A stretch of DNA of 64,000 bases from Sphaerodactylus townsendi (taxonomy: Eukaryota). Made by a program: the position numbers and the translations under genes. The stretch lies in NCBI RefSeq assembly GCF_021028975.2, contig NC_059425.1, positions 94,922,001 through 94,986,000 of the forward strand, written 5' to 3'. A model generated the notes under the pieces. The model worked only from the letters and a program-made list of their open reading frames with translations. It searched no databases and was not told where the DNA came from. How positions within the stretch are numbered: the first letter of the stretch is position 1; every line of letters starts with the position of its first letter. Of the stretch, positions 24,300 to 36,700 are shown in pieces.

Positions 24300-27200
24300 C
24301 TGTTTTGTTTAGAAAAACAGAAAGGAATGAAGCCATTGGTTATTATCATTTATACCAACATTAACACCATACAGAATATTTCAAACTCTCCCATTTATTG
24401 TCTCAATCCTTTGACAGATTTTCCCCTGCCCTTTTAAAATAACGTTGTTATGTCTCATATCAAAAGCTTGTGCTGACATTTTGTATCACACAGACATCAT
24501 TTTGAGACAATTCACTGAGCAGGACTGCATGTTGGCAGCTGAAGCATTTAACACTACAACCCTACTACTGCTCAGTGTTTGCAAGTAAACAGTTATCCAG
24601 TCAGATCAGTTATGAGAGTTTTATTTACAGGAAAAAACAACAACAGCAACTAGAGTTTGGTTTACTAAAACTTCTAAAATGATCCACTTGCCGAATCACT
24701 ATGTTTTTCCCACGGAATTACAGCTCGGAAGTCCACAAAGTTGATTCCTGCTTCAAGACAACGTTGAGCTAGCACGCGCCCAACATTCGTACATGCTGTT
24801 ACACCTGTTGTACGATGAAGGTGCTTCTTGATGGCCCACTCTCGGGTGGAAGCAGAGACTACAATTTGACCACTGCAATGCTCAACATAGGCCTCCACAT
24901 GGTTCTGTGTTTGTTCAAGTCTCAACCTAGATTCCAAAGCAAGAAAATGTCATGATTTTATTTTACTAATTAGTGACGTTTTTCTAATTACCAGTAACCT
25001 TACATTTCCACAGTGAAGCAAGTGCTCAGCACTGAGTCCTTCCCTCTTACAGCTGAGATGGCCCATTTCACATTTTCTCATATCTGGAGAGGCAATGTAG
25101 CGTAATGAATAAGGTGTTCTAGGATTGAGGTTCCAATCTCTGATCAACCACGAAGCTCAATGGGTGACCTTAGGAGAATTATAATCCCTGTGTCTAACCT
25201 ATGTCACAAAATCATTGTAAAGATAAAATGGAGGGAGCGGAAATCCATGAACCTAGCCCTGAGCTCCTTGGAGGAAGAGCAAGATGAAAATAAAGTCACC
25301 TCCAGCCTTTACTACAGAAACAACTGCCATGCTTCATCCAGTGGTACTCACCAAGGAAATCATAAAACCTCTAACCACACAGCTCAATGCACGGCTGTTG
25401 TGCTAAGTACACGGTACCTTGGCAGGCTCCTGCTTCTAAACAGAGGCACTTCTGCACCTTTCTTCAGGGGATCAAACAACTCCCTCTCTCCCTACTCCCC
25501 TGCCTGATGTAGGAGGAGCACTGCACATGAACGCTCCTGTAAGAGCTAGCAGCTGCATGCCTGAAAGCTAATGCAGAACTGAAGTCTGTGGCACTTGCAT
25601 GCAAAGTAACTATGGAGAAGCTCATAATACTGGGGCTTCGTCAACAGGAGCAAAGCATGTACATGAAAAAGACCAGATTATTGGTGCAGTTTTATGCAGG
25701 CAGTCAACACAAAGACAGCAAAAGGGAAATGATGGTGAAGCAGAATGAGAACATCAGTATTAAATATAAGCCTGGAAATAAGAGGATTTTTTAAACATGA
25801 CTATATGCTGCAGATCAGGAGACAAAAGTAGTTTTGTGCTTTATGACAAGAGGTTTTTATGATAATGTTACAAGATTTTTTTAGACTGCTATCCTTTTTT
25901 GTTAAAAAAACCCACCTGTGCCAATAGTTGTGTGTTGGCCATGTTGTTTTCCAGCCTCTCTCCTTCCTTGCTAGAGCCAACTGCTCCAAGTTACGAGGAT
26001 TTCGGTTAGTAAAATCAGGAGCAACAATTTCATTTTCTGTTGTATTCACTTCATCCTTAACAGAAGGTATGGAACTGGGAACTGCAGAACTGAACTGGGT
26101 ACCTACAGAAGAAAAATAGAAAAACTACTTTATTTAAGAGATGTTGAAAATAACTTCGTTCACAGGCAACTTAAAGCATTTCAGAATATAATACCATTCT
26201 AGTATACAGCTTAAATTACAGACACAATTCGGCAAAAATGTAGCTCTCTCTACTAACAAATGCAGATATAAAATAATTGATAGTCTACTGCTGAATGTGG
26301 AGCAGACAGACAATTGCAAGTGTTTTCCACAGGAACACTGCCACCGAAAACTTATATGAGAAAATGCATCATGTTTATCCTATTGAACTCAAATGGACTG
26401 TGTCTGAGTAGCATGTTTTAAGATTGTCTGCTAATACAATCATACTTATAGTCTTTAACTACAGTATTCTTTATTGCTGAGACATATACAATGTGTCCCT
26501 ATTTACCACAAAAAAGTACTATTTTTATTACACATTGTAATGTGTCCTTATTTACATTACCAGAAAAAAAGTAAGTAAGCACATTGGTCCACAGCACAAC
26601 CCAAAACAAAAGCCATTTTAACACTTTTTATTAAGACCACCTTAGGTAAATCATTTTTTGTCTTCTGGAGAAATTTTTAAAATGGCATTTCAAGTTCTAG
26701 TGCTATGTAGAGATTAAAGTGTGGAAGCAGAATTTGGAATACACAGGTTTAAATCCCTACTTGCCAGAAAACTAGCTGAGTGACCGAAGTTTTCAACATA
26801 TAATTTACCTCTGAGGTTTATTGTATGATGGAAGAGGAAACAACCATGTACAGCTGGTTTATTCATATTTGTGAGATGAAGGATATGCTACCCCTGGGTA
26901 GGTATGCAGTTCAGCCCTCTGCATGCTTACTCAGAAGCAAGCCCCTCTGAGTTTAATGGGATTTACTCTCAAGGGTACACAGAACAGCATTATTAATGGG
27001 AAAACAAATTTTACAAGAAGATATGTACAGATGGGCCCAAGGGTCACAAGAACAGTAATTATAAACCGTTTCATCAGCCAAACAATTCACTACTCGACCA
27101 TTCCAGTCATTTTCAGAAGCCCTGCTGTCTAAAATGGGATTTTCTTAAGTGTGACACCAGAACTTTGGAAGACTTGTCTCTCTCTTGTTGTCTTTCACCA

Positions 27201-29695
27201 GTGGGTGAAGATTCTTTTTGTTTTGTTTAGCATATCCCAATATTTATTATTGACCCTTCTCCCTAGTTTTGGTTTTATGTCTGTTTATATATTCAGTTAT
27301 TTTGAACATACTTTATTTTAATGTATTGTCAAAGGCTTTCATGGCTGGAATCACTGGGGTGCTGTGTGGTTTCTGGGCTGTATGACCGTGTTCTAGCAGC
27401 ATTCTCTCCTGACGTTTTGCCTGCATCTGTGGCTGGCATCTTCAGAGGATCCTCTAGCCCAATACTTCATTTTAGCTGTTGTTTTAGAAAACAAAGAAGA
27501 GTTTGGATTTTTACCCCCCTTTTCTCAACCCAACTAAAGACGAAAGGCAGCTTACATAATGTGGTTAAAAGCCCCGTTAAAACATACAATCCTAAAAACA
27601 TAAACATTAAAAAACACTATAAAAATATCCTTTAAAAACAGTCAATAAAAACATCATTAAAAATCCCCATCCCACCCTTCAGCTGGGATCGATGCAGGGG
27701 GTCCTGGAGGTCACACATTGAAGACCTGGGTAAAGAGGAAGGTTTTAAACAGCGCTGAAATCCATAAAGTGTAGGCGTCTGACGAATTTCTGCAGGGAGG
27801 CTGTTCCACAGCTTGGGCCTACCACAGAAAAAGCCCTCCCGCCACACCTCGGCAGCAGAAGGGATCACCACTTGATCTCTGTGCATGGGCTGGCTCATAT
27901 GGGCGTAGGCACTCCTTTAGGTAGGTGGGACCCAAGCAGTGGTGGGATTCAGCAGGTTTGCACCACTTCAGCAGAACCAGTTGTTAAAATGATGCTTGTA
28001 AACAACTAGTTGTTAAATTATTTGAATCCCACCACTGGACCCAAGCCATTTAGGGCTTTAAATATTATTGTCAAATATGATTGGGCTGTGCCGTTTATGT
28101 AAAAGAGAAAGGAATCAAACCTGGTTCTCCAGATGAGAGTCCACCTGCTCTTAGCCGCTACACCACTCTAGCTGTCAATCATGGTAGATAAAAAATCAAT
28201 GATTTTTAAAATTTATATTGGTTTTTTAAATAAAATGCCTTTTGAGGAAAATCTATGTAAATATATCTTCTGTTTAAGCCACTTTATAGTGCAAAGGTGG
28301 CTCATGATGACATAAAAATTAGGGTTTTTTATTATGTAGCATGAGGGTGTAAATTCATGAAATGTTTAAATTTTGTGGTTAATGGATTATGTTAATCCAT
28401 TCACAATGTCATGCTCTTCTGGAGGTTTCTGTAAGATTATTTTGGGCAATTTTTCTATCTTAGAAGATACTATCACAGATGCTTGGTTTTGCAGTTGTTG
28501 AAACTGAATTTGTATCTGCAGAGATAACATGTCTCTTCTTCATGGAAAAGATGTTAAAAAATAAACAGAGTCCTGAAAAAGACCTAATCCCCATTGTTCC
28601 TTTGCAAATCTATGTACATAGAATCAACCCCTTAACTCTTGGGCACTACACTTAGTTGCACAAAAGTGTCCCTGATCTTCCCAACCCAATAAGGAAAACC
28701 AAAGCACAGCTTCTGTTAATTATATGTCTAGGTTGTATTGGGTTTTCCAGGCTGTGTGGCCGTGGTCTGGTGTATCTTGTTCCTAACGTTGCGCCTGCAT
28801 CTGTGGCTGGCATTTTCAGAGGTGTATCACAGAGGGAAGTCTGTTACACACTGTGTCCAGTGAGAAGGGAATGTTTTAGTGGGATATAAATTTTCATGTC
28901 CCGGGGGGTGGGGGGGGAACCAATCAGTAAATGTTTAGGTGGAACTTGCTATGCAGATGTGTGGTTGATAGTATAGTATTGCAGGTGGGGGTTTTCAGTC
29001 CAGGGAGTGATTCACATTAGCATTATTCACATTATGCCTTCAAAAATACATAGTACGGCTTATGTTTGCAGAAACATACTTAAAATCAGTGTGGTAGAAC
29101 CAAAGTAAGTCAGTTAGGCAGTGAGAAGCTTGAGATGGTCTAACAGATAGCAATATTTCAAACTGCAGGCGGAGAATCACATTTTGGAATGCTCACTAAT
29201 GTTAACATAATGCTGCAAACAGAATACACACTTCACACGCACAGAGAACAGATAGACGTTGGCACCGTGCTACACGATCTATAGATTTAAAAAAAAAATA
29301 CAAAAAACATTCAGTTGAAATACAAACGACAGTCTGAAGCAGTTCCATCCAATTTATCACAAAGTCCATGCACCTCGTTCTCCTGCATGTGTGGACCAAG
29401 GCTTGCTTTAAAATGAATTCCTCATAAGTGAATCACGAGCCTGCTAAATCCCACCACTGCTCATAAGTGAATCAAGCTAGTTCTCAAGGCAAAGTGTTCA
29501 GGAGGACACAGCTATAAGAAGCAGAACCTCCCAATTTCTTGTACGGGATTCACTTCCCCAGTTTCCTCTGAGTTTCTTATAAACTTTGAGCGCTTCTACG
29601 GGCAACTCACACTCCCAGGGGTCTGTACCTTGACCAGCTTTCCGGAATCCCCAAGGTATAATTCGCAGTTGCAAAGCCGATCTTCTCAGTGCCAT
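24228..29695 (-). CDS. MRPL18: Mitochondrial ribosomal protein uL18m, 4 coding exons, about 186 aa
   Basis: [25 protein letters not shown]; [15 protein letters not shown]...[15 protein letters not shown]; C-terminus [14 protein letters not shown]; AATAAA at 24167-24172 (-). Confidence 0.96.
24692..24926 (-). CDS. MRPL18: MRPL18 exon 3 (followed by a GC donor)
   Basis: [12 protein letters not shown]...PWEKHSDS|gcaagt. Confidence 0.92.
25916..26102 (-). CDS. MRPL18: MRPL18 exon 2
   Basis: TQFSSAV...[31 protein letters not shown]. Confidence 0.94.
27325..27452 (-). mobile_element. Penelope-like element terminus with decayed hammerhead core
   Basis: Minus strand TCCT-CTGAAGA-TGCC..GGC-AAAAC-GTC-AGGA; related copies near 28730, 47320, 49170 and 55075. 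Confidence 0.7.
27640..28070 (-). mobile_element. L2 LINE 3' fragment interrupted by a 101-bp hAT MITE
   Basis: [25 protein letters not shown]. Confidence 0.65.
27937..28037. mobile_element. 101-bp hAT MITE
   Basis: Perfect TIRs CAGTGGTGGGATTCA / TGAATCCCACCACTG; perfect TSD GACCCAAG. Confidence 0.93.
28180..28640 (+). mobile_element. 5'-end fragment of the same hAT family as 1-2221, opposite orientation
   Basis: CATGGTAGATAAAAAATCAATG terminus; 28390-28640 is a diverged reverse complement of ~1730-1975. Confidence 0.8.
28730..29030 (-). mobile_element. Penelope-like terminal fragment
   Basis: GCCTGCATCTGTGGCTGGCATTTTCAGAGG shared with 27325-27452. Confidence 0.6.
29629..29695 (-). CDS. 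MRPL18: MRPL18 exon 1 (targeting peptide; alternative in-phase donor after 29611)
   Basis: [23 protein letters not shown], Arg-rich and lacking acidic residues, phase-1 donor gtacag. Confidence 0.8.
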
Positions 29696-30710
29696 CCTAC
29701 CAGGATGGTGATGGCCAACAAACGCACCGCAACTAAGAGACGCTAAGTAGAACCATCTTTACGAAGGGAACAAAATTATTTGATGTCGTCACCATTTAAG
29801 TTTCTACGCCGATCACAAAAGAAAGAAAATAGAATTTTAGCCCTGAACAAAAATGGCGCCACCTAAATTGGCAGCGTGTATACCGCTATTTCTGATTGGT
29901 CACTTCAAGTAGGTCCGTCTTCTTTCATTTTAGCAACGTCCTATCCAGCCAACAGCGACTCCGGAATAATGTGAGGCTCGCTGAGATTTCAGTCATATCC
30001 GGCGCAGTCTTTTATTGTCACAGCTCCCCCTATTTTGTTGGGTGGGTCACTGGTATCCTCCAGCCCCAGAGCGGGAGAAAAACCACGCTCCGCTTATTTC
30101 TTTTTTTAGGAGTTGAAGTCCACAACGATCTAACGTGCAGTAAAAAGCTGAAAAGCGCACAAACCACTTCTTTTCAAGAAGCCACAAGTTGTTTGGGTTG
30201 CTGATGCCCCCCCCGCCCCCCGGGGGAAGCTGTTCAAAGGTCACGCAATAGCAACTGAGGCGAGAAAACGAAAATGTGGGTGTCACTTTAGAACACTGGA
30301 GGGGGCGGAGAAGAAATTGCTGAGATTTATCAGATTCCGGCGGTTCCCCTCACTCTGGAGAAGCCACGCCCCCTCACTGTCAATCGTTTTCTAGAATCGC
30401 CGAGAACGCATGTAACTGTCACTTCCAGCTTCTGGCTGGCCTCGCTTGTTGCCGTGCAACGGGGACGACGTTCTCATTTGTTTAACGCACGACCTATCAG
30501 CGTCCAAAACTGAACCGACCGAGTTGTTACGAGTCTCGGAATTGGTTGCTTTCCTTCTACCACAGCTACTTCCATTGGCTGTTTCCATTCTTCTGTTTCC
30601 TCCTTGAGCCAGACGCCATTTTGACAGCCGGGATTACCCAGAAAGCATCGCGTGGTGAGAGAGCTGAGCGGAGGACGCACGTTGCTCCTTCGGTCTCTTT
30701 GTAGGAAAAG
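29696..30710. promoter_or_regulatory. Bidirectional CpG-rich promoter / 5' UTRs shared by MRPL18 and TCP1
   Basis: Divergent ATGs at 29695(-) and 30711(+); CpG-rich; YY1-like AAAATGGCG (~29850) and CGCCATTTT (~30614); ATTGG CCAAT boxes (~29896, ~30541, ~30574); GC box GCCACGCCCC (~30363); TTCTAGAA at 30389-30396. Confidence 0.8.
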
Positions 30711-30783
30711 ATGGCGGCGCTGGAGGGGCCCTTGGCGGTCCTCGGAGACCGGGGCACCGGGGAGACCGTTCGCTCCCAGAACG
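30711..30783 (+). CDS. TCP1: TCP1 exon 1
   Basis: [24 protein letters not shown]. Confidence 0.93.
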
Positions 30784-33700
30784 GTAAAGAAAAGGACTCT
30801 TCTTGTGTTTTCATTCATCTATCCCGTTTTCTGGAGATTTAACGGTCGCGCTGTTGCCTCTTATTCGTCCCTCGTGTGAGGCCAGTTGGGGCGCGCACAC
30901 GTGACAAAGCGGGGCGGCTTTTCTGGTCATGCCTGACTCCGGAGTAGGCGGGCGTGTGAAGGGCGGGGTGCCGAGTGGCAGAGTGATGCCCCCCCCCTTG
31001 GTTCAGCAGGGTAAAAGCTGCAGTTTCGTCAGGCGAAACGGTGACCCAACCTTACCAGATCCTATGTGATCCTACTGCTCTCCTGTAACACAGCTAGATT
31101 TTATCTACGTGCAGCAGGAGATAGTCTTGTAATGGGCTTATCAGGGTGTTCGCCTGTTCACTATCCTTCAAATAACTAATCGTTCACCGTAACTCGTTTG
31201 CTGCGTTCACATATGAACACACATAGTCACGTAGGAGACTAAGGATTTCTTAGTCTCCTGATCTAGCAGGGTCATATTTTGCAGTCTGTGAGTACTAGTT
31301 ATAATCCACGTGACAAAGAAGTTCATGCTTTCAAGATTTTGCTTATACTGTATACGTATATTAAGTTTCTTTGTCCTCATGTTCACACCTTTGCAGTACT
31401 TGGTAATCCACGACCATAAACAGAATAAACACACAGCACTCCTGGTGAGCTTTAATAAAAAGTGTTTGCTGAGTGACTGAGGTGGTGAAGTTGTTGCAAC
31501 TGTTAATCTGGATCTGTTTTTTTTTTGTAGCTTGAAAGATTGTTATTTCATTAGCAACTTTAAGAATAATTTCATAAGCGTTTATATATACATTATGTGG
31601 ACTAGTGTGAGCAAAACATCAATAACTTCCATTTATTATGCTTATTGAAATTGTAAAATTGGTTTTTATATAGTGGTTTTTACTGGTAATAGTTATTTAA
31701 AATAATTTATTTTTACTTATTTTGTTTACAACAGGCAATTTTCATCCCAGTCAGGGCCATAAACAATTAGAATAATAAAAAATACTTCCTAATTGTGTTA
31801 AAATAGTTAAAATATGTATATAAAACCAAAATATATAAGACAACAAAAGCCTAAAGCAGGAATGAAGGATCACTGAGGGAGCACCTTTTGGTAGAAGACA
31901 ATGATAGACGAAGAGGAGTAATAATTCTATTAACAAATTGTTTAATTAATGCGTTGTATCGGTGTACATAGATAGTGCCTCTGACCTCAAAGATTATTTA
32001 GAATCTGTGTCCAAACACGAGATGCATCATTCCCATTCTACTACCATTTATATATGTTACACATTAAGTGGTTATGCTTATGGGATACAGGAAAGCTTGT
32101 CAGAGTCTGAAGGGGAAGATTGGTGATATCTTCTTCCTATATGAACTGGCAGTACAATCTTACATTTCACACATGTCACTGACTTGGGTTCACATAGTTC
32201 TTCACTGTAGCCACTGTATATCTGACAAAGAATGATTTGATTGAACTTGTATGCCTATGAGATGCCTTAGTTATGAAATTGAGTGTGAACCATAAAATAG
32301 CTATATGTGTAGATTCAGCTCATGTGATCTACCCATTGTGAAAAAAGGATGGATGGACTGCATGAAGGGCCTGGCGCATAGGTTTACAATACAGATAGTG
32401 CATAACCTAAAAACTTGTTCGTTTTCACTTGTGTGATACAACCTACATGTTGAGAACAAGATCATGGTAAACAAAGCACTTTCAGTCTTGAATTTGGGGA
32501 TCTTCCCAGAACTGTTTTGCTTTCTTTAACTGTTTTGAATTACTGTATTGTGAAGAAATTGTATTTTTCCTTAACTGAAACAGTTATGGCTGCTGCTTCC
32601 ATTGCCAACATTGTAAAGAGTTCCCTTGGTCCAGTCGGTTTGGATAAAATGTTGGTGGATGACATTGGTGTAAGTAAACATTATTTCCTATGAGAAGGGA
32701 TTAGAGGAACAAATGCTGTGCAGTCAGTTGATAAATATTCCAAATGAAAATTTATTGATTTTTTTTCTATAAAGATGTGTAACCTTTGCACGACACCTCA
32801 CACCATTTGACTGTGAGATATATAGTAACTTTATCATCTTTAGTATTCTTAAGGTTTTAATATATTGGTTTTTTATATGGTACACATTTTTGTAAACAGA
32901 AGCCAATGGCTTTCTTGCATCTACATGAAGAATTCTGATGTATTAAATAAATTCTGTTTATTGTAAGCAAATAATTTGCATAAAAATTATTGTCAACAGA
33001 ATAAAAGCATTCATTAACAGCAGTGTTGATGTTTGCAGTAGGCATGTCAAGCTGAGAAACCATCCTCAGCGGACTTGCAAATACAAACATTATCTACATG
33101 TCCAGAAGAAAGAATTACTGGCCTGGTCACATCAAATTTGTGAATAAGAAAGAAACAATGACAAGGCTATAGCAGCAAATCCCTTCCTATGCTCCTCATA
33201 AATTGTCTTCATTCTGTTTAATGAGGTTTACTCCTATTAAGGTGTGTAGGATAGCTGTATTAGCTATTCAAATGGTTCAGGGATGTGAATGGACAAATAA
33301 AACACAGTAAAATGAATATCTATGAATTATTACAGAAGTTTATTAAGAAAAGCAATGCATCCTTACCCAAAAAGCACTTGTCATGCAGCCATCTAACTAA
33401 TAGTGTTTGCATAACTCTTTGTCAGTGTTTTTTTTTATTCAGATTATTATATTTCATGACCAAAGTTAAGTGAGCATAAATAATTCTTATACCATGTTTG
33501 GATAACTAGGATGTGACCATTACAAATGATGGTGCAACCATTCTGAAGTTGCTGGAGGTAGAGCATCCTGCTGCAAAAGTTTTGTGTGAACTAGCAGATC
33601 TACAAGACAAAGAAGTCGGCGATGGGACCACCTCTGTGGTATGTATGGATATTCAACTCAAAGATTTTGACAGAAAGTCATTCTTCCATACTGTTGACAT

Positions 33701-36700
33701 TTTGTAAGTTTGAAATCTATTCTGCATTCAGGTTTTTCCATAGTATTTTTTTAAAAAACCAAAATTGGCTTTTACTGGCTTGAAGGTTTTAATACGCAGT
33801 AATTCTAATATCACAGCCAAAAACATAAGGGAATCTGTATCATGGAATTTATAATTTTTTGTGTGAAATCATTGACACAAACTAATGATAATTAAAATAG
33901 CCATCAAATGACTTCTTGTGATTGAGTATTTATGTTAGTGAACTGTGTGCTTTTAATTACGATTACTTGGATGTAAGCCCCATAGACCACAATCTGAATG
34001 GCCCAGGCTAGCTTGATCTCATCAGATCTCAGAAGCTAAGCAGGGTCAGCTGTAGTTAATACTTGGATGGGAGATCCCTAAGGAATACCAGGGTTGTTAT
34101 GCAGAGGAAGGCAATGACAAACCACTTCTGTTACTCTCTTGCTTTGTAATAATTACTGGGTTGCCATTAAGTTGGCTGTGACTTAATGGCACTTTATAGA
34201 CACAGTTCCCACACATTTCAATATATCTTTCTTCCAATTGACTTGTTAAGGACAGCAATTTTGGACATGAATGGGAATTCAATGGCACCAGTTTGTGCAT
34301 GGGTACTTTCAGCAGGGAGTTTCTAACAGTCTGTGCATGGAAATTGTTCTACCGCCCAGTCTGTTTCTGGAGTACCTACATTCCTGGAAAGATAATTTCT
34401 GAAACTGCAAGCATAGGAACAGCCTTAGTAAGATTGAACTTGCCCCTTCCCCTCAGTGAAAATGAGCTTTTGGAAGGAGGAGTGGTTCACACCCCCTTCT
34501 TCATCCAAGCCCCCCAATTCACATGTCTATTTTATGGGTCCCATGTCCCTGGGAATGATCTTTCAACAGTTGGAATGGACTGTAGGATCAAAGAAGCATG
34601 CAGGAAAACTTACAGAGATAGGACAAAGGTCAAGATATTGTCACTAACAATTACATAGATGAGAACTCAGTATTTTTGGTGGAGTGTGACCTTGTTGCCA
34701 TTTAGAATATTATTTTCATGATTAAAACTACAAGCAAACCCTTCCCGTTTGACTACCATCTGTTTGCACAACAAAATGGGTGGCTATGCTTATGGGATAA
34801 AAAAAAAGCCTGCCAAAGTCTGTAGAGGAAGAATGATACTGTCTTCTTCTTATGTGCAGTGGCAGAACATGTTCTTGGGAAACAATTCAGACTGAAAGAG
34901 AATGTGCAGCTACAGTGTGCTTTGTAGTGATATCGTGCAATTAATTCTTGCAAACTGTTGTAGAGTAAACTGATGGGTGGAGCCATTTCAGAGGATAGGT
35001 ATGTTGGTCTGCAGTAAAGTAGCTAGATTCAAGTCCAGTTAGCTCCTTATAGACTAACTAGAATTTCAGGGTTTAAGCTTTCAAGAGTCAGAGCTCCCTG
35101 TGCCAGGTACTTGTGACAGGATATATCAGATTGAGGTTGAGAAAGAACACTTCTGTTTTTTATTATCATAATGCATATGTGCATAACAAATGTGTATACT
35201 ATCCCAATTATGAATCATTCATAAAACTGTTTTTGTCTTGAGTAAACAATGACTTACAGTCCAGTCGCAGGGAGGGGGCTGAAGAGGGTTGTGAAGACAG
35301 CAGGGCCTTATGCCAGTGGAAATGCTCTCCCTGGGCACCTACATTGGTGGAGGGGCAAATCCATTAGTGGGTGGGCACTGTGGCCTTCCAGGACACCCTG
35401 ATGTGGTGTTGTGCCACATCAGCACCCCCGCTGGTGTAGCTGGAGGTGGAGCCAATGTTAGTTGGGTTCCATCCTGGCATTGCCTCCAGGAACACAGTGG
35501 AAAGGTGGTGTAAACCCACTGTGCCCAGTGGAGGACTTTTCAGTGACTGGGAGGGTTTTTTGTTTTTTGCCTCCCAGCTCTGCTAAAAAGCCCTCTGGAG
35601 GTGGAAGAGTGGTATGGCAGCAGCCCTGGACTCTGGATTGGGCTGCCTGAGAGCCAGCTTGGTGTAGTGGTTAAAGTGTCAGATTAGAGTCTGGGAAGCC
35701 CAGGTTCAAATCTGCCATGGAAACTTGCAGTGTGACCTTGGGCCAGTCACACACATTCAGCCTTAATCCTGGCAACTGTTTCAGTTGGAGACCTCCAGGG
35801 AATACCAGGGTTGTGGTAAAGAGGCAGCCAATGGCAAACCATCTCTAAAGTGTGTTGCCTTTAAAAACCTACAGGGTCACCATGATTCAGTTGTAACCTG
35901 ATGGCAAAAAAGGAGGAAAAAAGCATCTACAGAGGTGCACCTGTACATTAACACAGGAATAATGTGTTAATGGCCACTCTTCCCTGTCAGCTTCAGCAGT
36001 AAACAACAAAGTATAACATGTGAGAAGCCTATGTTCCTCTCCAACAAGTGCATGAAAACAAAATGGGAAGAAGGGCCAACACTCCTTCCATTTATCCAGA
36101 AGCAGCAGCAGCAGCATTTTTTAAAGTACTTGCTTGAGAACCTGGTGGCTGCACCAGCTGTCAAAGCAATAAAACATCTCTAGGATCCACCCCTCACCTT
36201 CTGTCGACTTCTGCCTTCCTCAGTTTTCTATCTGGAAGATTTTCTCTCTGAGAGCATTCTATCTGAAAAGCTCTTTGAGCCAGTCTTTGTTCCTTCGAAA
36301 TCCCAGTGCTGGACCTGTGATTTACTGTAGGAACTGGACCAAATAGAGGACAGGGACTGTGGTTAGAAGACCTAGTTTGACCTAAGGATTCTCACATCTC
36401 TCTAGTAAGTTATAAATACTAAAATTGTATGCAAATTAACTGGTATTAACACTTTATTTCCCCTTAACTGAAATGGCCATCTGATTCTCATTGGTGATTT
36501 GACTTGTGCTTTGCTTGACCGTGCATCTTTTATGACAGGTAATTATTGCTGCAGAACTGTTGAAAAACGCAGATGAATTGGTGAAGCAAAAAATTCATCC
36601 CACTTCCGTCATTAGTGGGTATCGTCTTGCTTGCAAGTAAGAAATGCTTGTATGTACTGGAGTGTAATTTTAGCCTTACCTGAGAATTTAAAATGGAGAG

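Noticed and set aside
30474-30879. Overlapping ORFs at the TCP1 5' end
   Set aside because: Expected in GC-rich CpG-island sequence; the real exon is in another frame.
33977-34100. 5S rRNA gene
   Set aside because: Diverged, with insertions, and fused to a Sauria-like tail: a SINE, not an rRNA gene. Proximity to MRPL18 (a 5S binder) is coincidental.
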